63,572 nucleotides of DNA, filler included, from Choristocarpus tenellus KU-1152 (GCA_964200185.2; 9 parts of 9 records of this genome joined end to end with filler, not necessarily neighbours in it); one strand, 5' to 3'; numbered from the whole stretch's first letter, positions 13,128 to 25,480 are shown. Numbers and translations are program-made. The notes: generated from the letters alone by a model not told the origin.

Positions 13128-14207
13128 GCCTGGGAGTGCAAGCTATGGAGAAGGAACAAAAGGGAGGTATCCATACGAGCACCACCGTTGAAGGGAAAAA
13201 GAATACTGGAAGATGGCAAAATCCACTAAAAAAGCACAGGACCCGATATACCACCTGTTGAAACCAGAAGAAATGAATTTGGCCTGGAGAACAAGCTATC
13301 GAGAAGCAACAAAAATGAAGGCACTCGTACGAGCATCGCCATTGAAGCAGAGCGAAGCACCGTATCATGGTACCCTATTTGGGAGAGACTTATTATGCAC
13401 TAATTGAGCAACTTGAAGATTCTCCTGCTCTCAAATGGGAGTCATCTTGACAGTTGGTGATATCGATAAGCAATAGGTTGTGAACGAGTGGTCTAACTAC
13501 GATGGTAAATCAAGGCATGACTAATTTAAAATTATTTGGCCTTGCAATAGAGACTGCAGCCTTCGCTTCAACTCATTCACACCTTCAGCAGCCATAGATA
13601 GATAGCAGATGTAACAGGCAAGGCAATCAGAAACATTGACACTCGTCCACAAGAACTGAAGAGAGCTCTCCCGCTCAGCGGAAGAAAATGACGAACGCCA
13701 GTACGTTCTGTCGAGAGAGGTCAAGGGAAGCACGGTTCTTGCGATCAGTTCGATTTAGGGACCACCCTTGCCTGAGAGATTCCATCACAAGAAGATGACC
13801 TTTTTGCGTACCATTGGTGGTGTCTATGCCAATCTCCTGATTTTCCACTCCTAGCGCTTGCGATTCCTCTTGCGGCAGCATCATCTTGCTGCACGAGGTA
13901 TGTATTTTAAATCCTACAGCAATTGTAATGGTTTGGCGACCAGAGAATGGAGATAACAACATATATATTACTGGGGAAAGGGTGTAGAGTGAGAAAAGCC
14001 GAGATGAATTGTTGTAGAGAAGTGGAGGATTCTGATCCTAACTTCTAACTTACAATATACATACTCTCACTAACTTACATCTTGTCTGTATTATATTATT
14101 ATTATGCTTTGCTGTATGTATTTCGTAATAGCACACAAGATCCAAACTTTGGTTGTCAAAATCTATAATTTACTATTTGACTACTGCCTATCTATGATAC
14201 TGTGTCA

Positions 14208-14945
14208 CCAACCTAGCTTAGCCCTACACAGGGTGAGGAGCTAGGGAAGCATCCCAAGAATCGGACAGGTCCCTCCTTGCCCATCTCCCCTGGCGTCTCT
14301 TCTAGCTTAAAACGCATGAAACGTCTCGATAGAGTCACTTATATCATTACAGAGACGATCTGTTGCAAACCGGATTTGACAGCTCCTTTCTTGGTGCAGC
14401 CTCCTGCCACTCTCCCTCCTATTGCGTGCGTAACGAACTCATCCAGAAAACTTCTGCCTGCTTTTGCTTGTTGTATATAACTTTATATTATTATGCCCTT
14501 TGACATTTTGAAGATGCCTCAGGGGAAAAACTGACGAAAGGTCAGTTCAATATCAGAACCCATGAAATGTAACAGTTGTCGTAAATATAAAAGTCATTTT
14601 TCTATTATCAATTTACTATTATACTTCCAGCTATGCTACACCACTCCCCTCCTATGCCTCCAACCTAGCTTAGCCCTACACCCCAGGGCGAGGGGCTAGA
14701 AAAGCATCCCAAGAATCTGACAGGTCCCTCCTTGACAATCTCCTTGCTGTCTCCAGCTCACAACGCATGACAAGGTAATTCAATATCATAAGAACCCCTA
14801 TAACAGTAACAGTTCTAAATGTCACATATATTTATATTTAATATTTTACCAGGGATGGTACACCACTCCCCTCTTATCCCTACACTATATTACTATGTGC
14901 TCTCACATTTTGCAGATGTGTCAGGGGAAAAACCAACGAAAACTA
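14208..14945 (+). repeat. Cluster of the bipartite dispersed repeat (X 14208-14320; Y+X 14487-14770; Y about 14890-14940)
   Basis: Recurrent CCAACCTAGCTTAGCCCTACAC...AAGCATCCCAAGAATC.GACAGGTCCCTCCTTG...AACGCATGA and ACATTTTG.AGATG..TCAGGGGAAAAA. Confidence 0.8.
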
Positions 14946-15515
14946 TTCTCATATTAGAAAAAAAAACGGTGACGAAAGAGCAGTCTCCCGTAGGCTATGC
15001 TAGCTTCCGTCTATTTCGACCCTTCCCTGGACATTCCTCAGTGGATTGAGCGATGTAGGTAGGTCTTTGTCCGAATGGCGTCGACTTCTATCACTTGCCC
15101 TGTTTGTGGCTAAAGCAAGTGGGGATCGAAGCACAGGCTGGGGAACGGATGTGACTGTTCGAACGGGTTTTGATGTATTGCTTTTTGGAATGAACGAGGT
15201 CCGTATTTCGCAGGAACCAAAGCAGGTTGTTTGTTCAAGGCAGCACAGACAGCGGGCGAGGAGTTCTGGGTTAAAACGGGTTAAAGCATCGGCGCAAAGG
15301 TTGCCAGTATACTGTTGACAACCTCTTGGTGTGGCAGTGAAGTTTGGCTTGATACCTCATGGTGCATGGACATCCTGTTCTGGCGAAGTAGTCCTAGTTC
15401 CTGCCTAACGATCGGNNNNNNNNNNNNNNNNNNNNNNNNNNNNNNNNNNNNNNNNNNNNTTAATTAATTAANNNNNNNNNNNNNNNNNNNNNNNNNNNNN
15501 NNNNNNNNNNNNNNN

Positions 15516-15676
15516 TTTTAGGGGTAGGTAAAGTGTATATATTATGAAAAGGTGTATCGGAAACATAGATATTGACACTTCCTAACAAACACGATAGCCA
15601 ACATTACATCAAAATCGTAACATCGGATTTTGACCCCCAAATGGACGCGGCTCTGCCCTCTAAGATGCTTTGGCTC
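15516..15676. mobile_element. MITE family A, partial at contig start
   Basis: Matches 62170-62332, including CCCCAAATGGACGCGGCTCT.CCCTCTAAGAT.CTTTGGCTC. Confidence 0.8.
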
Positions 15677-17256
15677 TGCTTACTGTCGTTGTCGCCCATG
15701 ATTGCTTCAGGTGACATGCACAGTTTCTCACGGTGGTGGGGGGAGGAGGGGTACAACGAATGAGCAGCAAATTGAAAACGCTGATGTTTTCTTTTTTTTA
15801 TGTGATGGAAGTTTTTTTTACTACCTTTTAGCTTTAGATGCGGTGGCCTTATTCTCCTTCTTCCTGTTGTTGTCTTGCGATGTGTTACAAGTCCAACAAC
15901 TTGCCCGAGAAAATAGATAAATGCAGATCGTGTATCTGACAGGGTGGGGGGGAGGCAGATCGCAACAACCAATATCTCGGGCATGACTGAGATATTCGTA
16001 CAAAGAGGTCAATCATCGTATAATGTCAATACTTTTATGTGCTCAGCTTCTTCTTCTACTTGACAACGATAGCAGTAATTGATAAACAAATTAATAATGT
16101 GGGAAAATAGCACTTCTTCTTTTCAGTCAGTCAGCCACCCATAATGACAACGAAACGCCGCCCCGAAAAACTACTTCCAAGTACAATTTTTTTCTACCAC
16201 CTCCACCATCGACAGTCAAACGATTCCACCGACAGCACCAATTATTCAAGCAAGCAAGCCAACGCAGGGCATACATGTACACGACGATCAAACGAAATCA
16301 TTGCCGCCCCCCCCACACACTGTCCTGCTACCACCTTCGGGATGAATTACCATTCGTAGCGGGGCCCTTCAAAAGTGCCACAACATTTACAAAAAAAAAC
16401 ATATGGGCACTTTCCGCGCACCATTCCGGGTCTCGCTCATCCTCCACAAAAAGCTCCATCCTCAATTTTGGTGATCAGCTGTTTATTGTTGTACCTTATT
16501 TTATAGTAATGATTGGTGGTTCATGAAGCGTCAAAAGCTCCTGGCTGTGATCCACCATACCAGTGATGGATCATTATTCTGTGAACAAACCAAGAACACA
16601 AAAAATGCCATGTGGTGCTCATCAATGTAGTAACGTTTTTTTGTGACTATTACTACTCTATTTCCATTGCATAACTGTACATATAACTTTGTTGTTAAGT
16701 AATTGTATACTTTTGTTCTATTATCACTATGATTCTTATCTTCACCTGAGTCTGAGGGGTTCCAATACCTGTGGTCGAAACTGTGCAATTTACCTTGGGA
16801 AGAAATGCAATTTATCCGTAGTGAAGACAAGAAGATATGAAACCCCACACGTTCCCCATTGCTGAACGTGATTACATGGTTGAAATTAGAATAGTGACCT
16901 TTGTGGGGTGTCTTCTCATTGCTTGCTTATTATCATTTGTGCTTCCTACCTAAGTCAACGGTTATGTCAAAGTAGTTGAATGCAGAATAAAACCCATACA
17001 TAATCCCCCATTCATAATCCAGATTACTATCTCATTAGTTACATCTCTCATACAAAAAATAAGGTACACCTCACTATTGTCCTATTTTGCACACTCCCCC
17101 ATGAGAGTACAGGCAACGAAAGGGTTGCTGGAACTCTCAAACCTAGAACGTCTTATTCTGAACACTCCCCCATGAGAGTGGAAGCAAAAGGAGTCAGATT
17201 GGTTCAACTCTCACACACATCACATTTATCTTGTCAACACAGTAATAGAACACTGA

Positions 17257-17640
17257 TTGCTTGAACAAGATGACGGAGATTATCGAGGCAATGCAGAAGG
17301 GCTGCAACATGTTCTACGATACCTAGCGGGCATCATGAAAGTACGGATACACTATCCTGCAGGTGGTGAAATGGACAATGGGGACTGGGGCAATGACACT
17401 GTTTCAAGACGAAGCGTGACGGGATACCTAATCCTATTGAATGAGACCCCAATTGCATGGAAATCCAAGATGCAAGGAGCTGTAACCACATTCAGAAGCG
17501 AAATGGACAGCGATGGTACATAGAATGAGGCATGCAATATTCCTCAGAGGTCCTATGGGATAAAGGGAAAAGGAAAATTTGGTGCCGTTCACGCTCCATC
17601 CACCCAGAAACGCCATTCATCACGTATCACACAAAGGAAA
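17257..17640 (+). pseudogene. Ty1/copia RT-RNase H remnant
   Basis: GDWGNDTVSRRSVTGYLILLNETPIAWKSKMQGAVT matches the copia RNase H motif (D.DWa.d...RrS.tGy.......isWkSkkQ..V). Frameshifted downstream. Confidence 0.85.
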
Positions 17641-17659
17641 GCAGACCACGAGAATAGTT

Positions 17660-17917
17660 GAGTCAAAGTATCTTAGAGGGTAGAGCCGCGTCCATTTGGG
17701 GCCAAAACCTAATGTTGCAATTTTGATATAATATTGGCCATCTTGTTTGTTAGGAAGTGTCAATATCCACGTTCTGGACACTCCTTTTCGTACCGCTTAC
17801 ATTTTACCTACTCTGAAACATTTTGGAGTAGGTAGATTGTCATTTAAAACCCATGAGAAGCCAAGCCCCAAATGGACAAACAGGGCAAAAATCGTACCCT
17901 CTGAGATAGTTTCACTC
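17660..17917. mobile_element. MITE family A, full copy
   Basis: TIRs GAGTCAAAGTATCTTAGAGGGTA...TACCCTCTGAGATAGTTTCACTC; homologous in reverse orientation to the copies at 24151 and 62076. Confidence 0.87.
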
Positions 17918-19222
17918 AGTTGACCCAAGAGGAACAAGACAACGAGAAAAGCAACATTCAGCTGAGAGCGGTAAGTCCACATGAGCCCATCTGCTTCGGA
18001 TCCCCCACCTGCTCCTTTAGAATATGACATATATCATCCATCATAGGCTCTATGTCATGGCACACGCCCATGACGCTCTGTACTCCATCAATCACACATT
18101 TAAATTATGCCCCCTGTTTTGGTTTGTTGTCTTTGTACTCCATCCCTCAACCACAACTCCGCACCTACTCCTCAAGATCTTCTCCTATTCACCTTGGTTC
18201 TGCTTTCCATCAAGTTTCTCAGTACCAACAACACCTTTGGGAGTCGGCAATCCTCCTTGCATGCAAATGGCCCCGTGAACAGGAGGTTACACTTTTGCAC
18301 AGTTGTATTGATACTGTAAGTCGAAGTGAAGGAGAGATAATCAGGGCTAAATTTATGGATGCTGAGAAGTGCGCAAAATTCAGGGTCGTCCAACTGAAGA
18401 CAGCAATTCCTAATATTTTTGAGCACTTTGTCGGGACCAAAACGGACGCCCCCTCACTAACCACCACCCCCCCCAGATACGTTGACCCAGGGTTTGTCTT
18501 TTTTTGATGTATTTTGGAATAAAATGCATTTAGGACCTCTGCGCTTGGCGCTTGAGTGGGTGTAGACTGTGTGATTATGGCTTAAGGAAGTCGCCGTTGG
18601 GTTCAAATTTTGGAGTTGGGATGGTTGCTGCCGTTTGATTGGGTGCGGAAGAGGGGTTATCTGTTGTGAAAATCTCGACTTGTGTTTTAGACGGTGGTAC
18701 GGAGTACAAGATGATTGTGCGTCTACGTTAAAACAGCAAGGTTTCTGTCAATGGCTCATATGTACGAGCAACACAAAGAGGGGAGATGAAGAAGGTTTGC
18801 GGCATGGCAGTAAAAGTATAAGAGAACAGAGTGAGAATGCACAAATCGAGATGAAATTTTGGTTGCCACCAGGCAAATAAAAGCATGCGTATGAGGACAA
18901 ATAGACACAAACTCTTCAGGGAGATATAAAAATAAAGATACCAAATGTATCTACCCGTTGATTCAGAGAACGTCCAAAATCTCCAACACAACATGTCTGT
19001 CAAGCAATATGTCTGATTGGCGAAGTAGAGGGTAACTCACGAACAGGAATTGGCCTAGGTAGCTCCTCAAAGCTATGTCTCTCGTCAGTATGGCGGCAGT
19101 GTGGGACTTGTCCAGAACCAGGCCCGTGTAGGAGCGTCTTGGTCTATACTGTAGTGTTCGACAAGTAGCTGGATATTTCGCAAGTCGCCTTTCTCCTATT
19201 TAACCTCGTAGGAGTATCTGAC

Positions 19223-19860
19223 TCACTCATCTCCAACTTTCACAGTGTAGTGGGGCTGGTACTTGGTCACGGCCCCTCGCATCCACTGATCGTCCCATCT
19301 GAAGTATTGTCCCCCGTCCTTGGCACTGGTATTGAGTGTTTCTCCCTCATCTAAATCTGGCACAGCCCTCAGTGTCGGTTCAAGGAGTATATTTCTCTCT
19401 GTATCCTTCTCTATGTCCCTACGCTTCCACTGACGGCCAACCATCGACCGGCGGCGTCGTCTGACACACTGGGCTGCAGCCTCGACACTGTCCCTCTTGT
19501 TCTTCTCCCGAAGTTGGTCAACACCCTCCTCGATCTCGTCCTCTTCTGTCATGTACGACCTCAGATGAGGGGGCAAAGATTTTTCCCCATCGTCTGGAAG
19601 GTAGGACACTGAGTAAATGTACGCCCCTGAACCGTCCACGTGAACATCGCTGACCTTCCCCTGTACGGTAGACCCCCCACTCGCGCATAGGATAAAGTTG
19701 GTTCCTCGGCCAAACCTGGTATCGGATGTGTCCCCAAGTCTGAGTTGCCTTGAGAAGCGAACAGGTATCCCACCGAGGGATTGCCGGTCGGATTCTGAGG
19801 TGAACCTCTGGTATTGACCAGGCAGGATCGCGAATGTGTTGTCCAGGTGGTTGTGGTGAA
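19223..19860 (-). CDS. Orphan intronless ORF (~210 aa), unknown product, possibly TE-derived
   Basis: Long GC-rich ORF with protein-like composition. The frame continues past stops towards 19100, and the 5' end is cut by a MITE B end and the spacer. Confidence 0.4.
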
Positions 19861-20040
19861 TGACCCAAAGTATCTGGGGGGGGGGGGGGGGGTAAAACAA
19901 AAGTGTACTTTTGGNNNNNNNNNNNNNNNNNNNNNNNNNNNNNNNNNNNNNNNNNNNNTTAATTAATTAANNNNNNNNNNNNNNNNNNNNNNNNNNNNNN
20001 NNNNNNNNNNNNNNTGATTCCATCACCTGCCTAAGGAGAT

Positions 20041-20078
20041 GGGTTAGGGTTAGGGTTAGGGTTAGGGTTAGGGTTAGG
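20041..20078. repeat. Interstitial (TTAGGG)n telomere-like repeat
   Basis: About 6 tandem units. Shorter runs near 4872, 6957, 20777, 29315 and 55997. Confidence 0.9.
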
Positions 20079-20123
20079 GGGATGTGTGGGTTGACAGTTT
20101 CAGAACATGGAGGAGGGAGGCAC

Positions 20124-22879
20124 CTGGTCCATACCGACGAGACAGATTTGGTAAGCCAGACATCGTCCAAACGCTCCATTTGGTGTGAAGTCCTGGGATC
20201 TCTCCATATCAACATCGTCATCGAATACATCAGACAGGTCCCATTCACTGCCCCCATCGAGACAGATTGAAGATTGAAATATGGAGGAGAAAAAAAAGCT
20301 GTCTAAACCTAACCCTTTTTGCTGTCCCAGCAGCAGCAGTAGTTAACAAGGTGAGGAGGCGTTTTTAATGGTCACGGTACGGAATCAACAGAGTTAGTCC
20401 TGAGAAGGGGGAGGGGGGGGGAGGGGGGAGGAGGGGGGAGGAAGGAGCCAAGATCATTTTGGAGGCGCTGCACTAAAGGTGTTGATTGCAGTGTGAAATG
20501 GGCATGAGGAAATAGGAGGTACAGGGAGGATATGGCATTAGAAAAGTGTCTTCAAGTCAGGCTACTACTAGCAGGAAGGGAAGGTTATCAAGGAATGTCG
20601 CAAGTATCACATTGAAATGAAAGAAGTAGGCTTCTAACTGTTAGACTTCTAAGAGTTGGACTTCTAAGAGAAAGAGGGAATGGCAGACAGCCCCTCATCG
20701 AGAAAGGCAAGGTATGGTATGCAAGTCAAAGGCTCACCTGAAGCTTCCCAGTTGCAGGGGGTCGGAGTTCTTTCTGGTTAGGGTTAGGGTTGGGGGTGTA
20801 CAATGCTTCATTTAGGGTTTGAGTCAATAAGGATAGGGGGACCAGTGACCGTCAACTCCAATCACTACCATGTGTGTATGCACCACTCAGAACTGCAGGA
20901 AAATGATCTGCTCCAGCAACACAATAAAATAACCTGAAGAGGTAAAAGTGCTTGTCATCAAGTTGGGAAAGCGAAGCACATCTTTATCCGAGAGAGGGGA
21001 GAGATGGCACCTTGTACAGGAATGGCGGCCGACGCAGGCGGAAGAGGAGGAACTCGCCATTCTTGTCTTGCACTAAAGAGACCTGTCACAAAGAGATTCC
21101 ATGACACGAGTTTAGGGTAGACCTTTTTCTAATAGGTCCAGTGGGTACAGTAGCTACCAGAAGTTTCCAGCAAATTTGAAGGTTCAGTCAAAGCTACTTT
21201 TTTTTCTTTATCTTTTTCCTTAACCCAGTAGAGCTGTTGATAGTACTGCAGACTATTCAGGACTGAGTCAAAAGTTGAAACAGATTTTTTGACTGTTGAT
21301 ACTTTCAGGGATCTAGTAGAGTACATATGAAGTGTGCCCAACTCACATGCAGGATATGCCTACGTGCTGCAAACAAAAAGCCTTTGTGGTTGGGTTGAGT
21401 GTTAGGCAGGGGCATGGCACACGATAACAATGCCACAAAGGAAACCTCACAAAAGGGCACACAAACCCCCTAGTGATGAACCAACCGCGATGCAGCAGTT
21501 AGGGCTATTCAAGGTAACAATTTCCAAGGAGTTTTCAGACCCATACCGTGACTTAAAACAATGTCCTTAATTCCACACCAACGCGTACAAGACCGATAGA
21601 GAGTTTTCGTGTCGAGAGGAACTATAAGATGTAAACAATGCGAAAACCGCACGCGAAACACACACAATTGTTTTTGAAGATATTTTGCACACCTGCTCAT
21701 CGATGTTTTTCTTCATGACCTCAACCTTATAATACCGACCCTTGCTTTTGAAATAGAGCTGCAGTAAAGGCCCAGTGCCCTCCACCTAGCCAGTAAATAT
21801 GTGACGGGTAAAGGGTGACACGATAGCTGGTGGGAAACCAAATAATGGAAGGAGGAGGACACAAGTTAAAGGCTCCAGTTGCATGCCTATGAATGATCAC
21901 CATTACAGGAGCACAAAATAAAGGTTGCTTGCAAGAGGTTTGGAGAGCCTACAAAGGATTCAGTTACAATCTGCAATACACAACCCACCTGACCAATTAC
22001 AGTGAAAAACAACCCCTCTCTCAATGGCGCTGTCTATTGCCTTTGCGTCCAATTATGGTTGCGCATTGCAACTCATCACAATCAGTCTCAGTAGAGGTTG
22101 AAGGACTTCAATTTTCTACTGCACGCGTCGAGAATGAATCGCTTCTAACCGAGTTGTTTGCAACACACATTCTTCAATGACAGGCCAACTCCAACTATCT
22201 ACGGTCTTACGTAAAAAAGAGGAGTCAGCACTACTTGCCCACACACAACAACTTTCTAAAAATCAATCATGTCTCAACACCTCGCTGTCACCCGAACAAC
22301 CTGTAGATTGACTTCTGAATCGGTCTTCCATAGGCAGGTTAGTTGTCCAGGCGGCCAGTCCACGCAAATCTCTAGACTGGCACACTTGGTCCCCACATCT
22401 GTGGTTTCTATCTTCAAGGGCCTCGTACTTTTAGATCGGGAGATCCTCAGGGTACGACCATGAAGTGTCCCTGCTCCCCATGTTTCTAAAGCGGATATCA
22501 CCTCCTTCGATCTCAGAACCACAAAAGCAATCGTGGCGTTACCACGTCGGGGTTTTACCGAGCAGTGCAGTAAAGGTGTCTGGAGGTGAGGGGATGTTGA
22601 ACTCAGCCTCCTGAGTAGATGATGAACTAAAGTTTTGGCATTTGTGCCATGCGGTATGTTGCCACAAAATGCCTCAACTGCGTTGTCTGACGCTTTTTTC
22701 CACCTCTTAATACCCTCACTCAGCGAGAGGGAATCCTTGTGCCGTTCGTACCACTCCTCCCCTCTACCGACTTCGGCCACGGAGTCTTTCAGTCATCTCT
22801 CATGCTCTACATTGATTGGAGGCAGTTTCCATTTTCTATTGCGTTTCCGCTTGTACCCTCCCCGGTGCTTCCTTGCCAT
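20124..22879 (-). CDS. RNA-dependent RNA polymerase (RDR1/2/6-like), N-terminal exons only
   Basis: Exon to 22301 carries an RRM-like region (EAFCGNIP...AFVVL...LHGRTLRIS). Further exons: 21693-21785 (LQLYFKSKGRYYKVEV), 21011-21082 (FLLFRLRRPPFLYK), 20738-20773, and about 20124-20290 (DDDVDMERSQDFTPNGAFGRCLAYQI, resembling the RDR6-type W.RTTDFT..gaiGrc..Y motif). The catalytic domain is not in the contig. Confidence 0.78.
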
Positions 22880-23007
22880 GGCACAAATGTAGAGTGAAAG
22901 ATATTCCCTTCCTCTGTCCCACACTGTGTGTGGGGTCAAAAGCTCTATTATGTGTCATGCCTTCAACATTCTGATACGTATATATATATATATATAATAT
23001 ATTCTAT

Positions 23008-23061
23008 ATTATTATGCCCTCTGACATTTTGCAGATGTGTCAGGGGGAAAACAAATGAAAA
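23008..23061 (+). repeat. Module Y of the bipartite repeat
   Basis: ATTATTATGCCCTCTGACATTTTGCAGATGTGTCAGGGGGAAAACAAATGAAA, near-identical to 4101-4153. Confidence 0.85.
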
Positions 23062-24150
23062 CCTATAAACACAAACATCAAACTTCCATACCACAACTAA
23101 CAAATACTAACCGTAAAAAATGTTCTTGAGTTTATTAATTCGCAAACTTCCAAACAAATCGTTTAGGTTTAAGAGTATTTGGTCCCTGTTTCTACAGATC
23201 ATTTTTGACTGTGGTCACAAATCTATGATGTGTTTGTGGCGTAGTATTGATGTCCGGTTAGTATGGTGTATCCCTTAGAACCCCAAGATATTCAAAAAAT
23301 GATATCTAATCATAGCTCCCCCCCCAGGGGCACAGNNNNNNNNNNNNNNNNNNNNNNNNNNNNNNNNNNNNNNNNNNNNTTAATTAATTAANNNNNNNNN
23401 NNNNNNNNNNNNNNNNNNNNNNNNNNNNNNNNNNNTTCAACCCCACACAAGTTACCACTCCACTCAACACCTCTCCACAATCATCCAAGAACACCCCTTC
23501 ATCATCCACTTCATACCGTGCCTTTGAGCTAGAAGGCATCTAACTCGCCCGAACTTGACCTCCCCTCCCTCCCCGCATCCCTATCAGTTGTGAGCAAGCG
23601 ACAGGGCGGGTGGGTGGGAAAGCTTGCTCGGAGGTTGTCTTGTTCTCGCCCTCCTCATCTTGTACCCTTAGCCTCAGCAATCTTTTCGATACTGACCCTT
23701 CCATTTTCCCCTCTCCTTCCACCGAACACTCATTTCTTTAACTTCTCTCCTCTCCCTCTTAGCCAATCAATCCTTAACTATTTGTTCCCTTCCTGCTTAC
23801 TTCTTATTCTTCTCTCTGCCCCTTCCCTTCCCCTGAGCCCCCAACCAACCAGATTTCTTCCGCCCACAAAACTCAGATTACTTCTTAAGCTTTTCCTTTT
23901 TTCACTACTCGATCGAGGGGTTTTCAAAAAGCCATGTCTAAAGTTAGCCAAAATAGTAAACAAGCAACGCACAAACCTACTCCAGACCAGCAGTACAAAG
24001 CATAGCAGTCTCTTGTCTCTCAGTACAGTACAGTATGTACAGTGTATCACATCAAGTTTAGACGACTGCATTGTGCAGATATAACCATGCCCTTCGCAAC
24101 AGAATCCAGCTGCAACATAAAGGATAATACTCCTATTCCGCCACACTATA

Positions 24151-24394
24151 GAGTGAAAGTAACTTAGAGGGTACGATTTTTGCCCTGTTTGTCCATTTGG
24201 GGCTTGACTTCCCATGTGGTTTTTTAGATCACATTTTCCTACTCCAAAATGTGTCAGATAAAATGTATATATTATGAAAAGGTGTGTCCGGAACAAGGAT
24301 ATTGACACTACCTAACAAATACAATAGCCAAAATTACATCAAAATCGCAACATTGGATTTTGACCCCCAAATGGACGCAGCTCTACTTTGACTC
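24151..24394. mobile_element. MITE family A copy with 3-bp TSD (ATA)
   Basis: ata|GAGTGAAAGTAACTTAGAGGGTA...TACTTTGACTC|ata; small deletion in the right TIR. Confidence 0.85.
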
Positions 24395-24649
24395 ATACAT
24401 GCCATAAGTGTCGCGTTTATAGCGACTATCTTCATGGCATTGTGGCGTCGATATTCCTTTTGGCGTCAGCAAAATGAAAAGCGTGTGCAAATTGTGCGTG
24501 AGCCCCACCAAGTGTAAGGCTTCGAGTCCTTCAGCTGGTGACAACACGGCGTCGAAACGCCATGATAACAAGAACAAGGGCAAGGGGAAGATGCTGCCAA
24601 ATTATCTACAGAGATTGCCTTTCCATACAAGCCTTGCAGTGCAGAAAAT

Positions 24650-25480
24650 CGAAAACGTCTGAGGTTTGCTGAGAAGGTGGAAGCGTTAAGACTTCTAAGG
24701 ACCATGACTTGAACTGCAGTTGCTCAAAAGTTTGGAATCGATCACAGGACCCTCTACAAGTTGAAGGAGGCAACAACCATCATGGAGAAAGCGCAGGCAC
24801 TGAAGCCTGAAGCCAAGTCTATGAGGGGTGCCAAACATGTTGAGGTGGGTCAGCGGGTAGATTAAAAGTCTGAAATTAGGCTGATTGTGATCGTCGTTGA
24901 ATAGTCTTTCTGCACTGTCTGCTGATGCGGATCATCATGGATTTTTTTATATTTTTTGCGCTCATTTCTGTTGTACTGTACTATAGTATCATGAATGGCC
25001 ATTTTGCTCGTAGAGGTAAGCCCCACAATATATTTATGAGGATCTCTGTAATGCTCTTGACGCTCTGCACCTCAAACACAGCGGAAAACCGTCTCAGGCT
25101 TCCATCAACGGAGCAAGAGGATGGATCAGTGTGAAAGACAACGGTGAAGTGACCAATGCAATACTAGAGGACATGGAAGACCAGCTGCTCGAGAAATTCT
25201 TGTGCCAGTCAGACAATGAAAGCTTGCGTGATGAGGATGACGATGGGTTTATGGGAGGGGGCAGCGAATCAGGGGCTGTGAGGAAAGGAGAAGCCTCTTC
25301 GGTGTTCTTGATTCCTCCACCGTCGCACTCTCAACTTGCTGATGAGTTTGCAAGCTTAGAAACAACCGTCGAAGAGTGTGTCATGAACGATGTTTCGTAC
25401 CATCTCCGGAAAGCAAGGCTGGCTTGGCTCAGCGCAATTGGGTCAAGGGCAATCAAATAAGCGGACAATCGATTTTTTGT
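24650..25480 (+). mobile_element. Pogo/Tigger-like transposase remnant (HTH-psq/CENP-B N-terminus and C-terminal tail, DDE core absent)
   Basis: RLRFAEKVEALRLL...VAQKFGIDHRTLYKLK (24655-24770); acidic tail and YHLRKARLAW...K*ADNRFF (25131-25480). Confidence 0.68.

Noticed and set aside
14530-14545. Hammerhead ribozyme core (CTGACGA...GAAA), also at 25339 and 39451
   Set aside because: No properly placed stem II/GAAA/UH, and the motif is not conserved in other repeat copies.
20041-20078. True telomere
   Set aside because: Short, lies within an RDR intron and is flanked by non-telomeric sequence.
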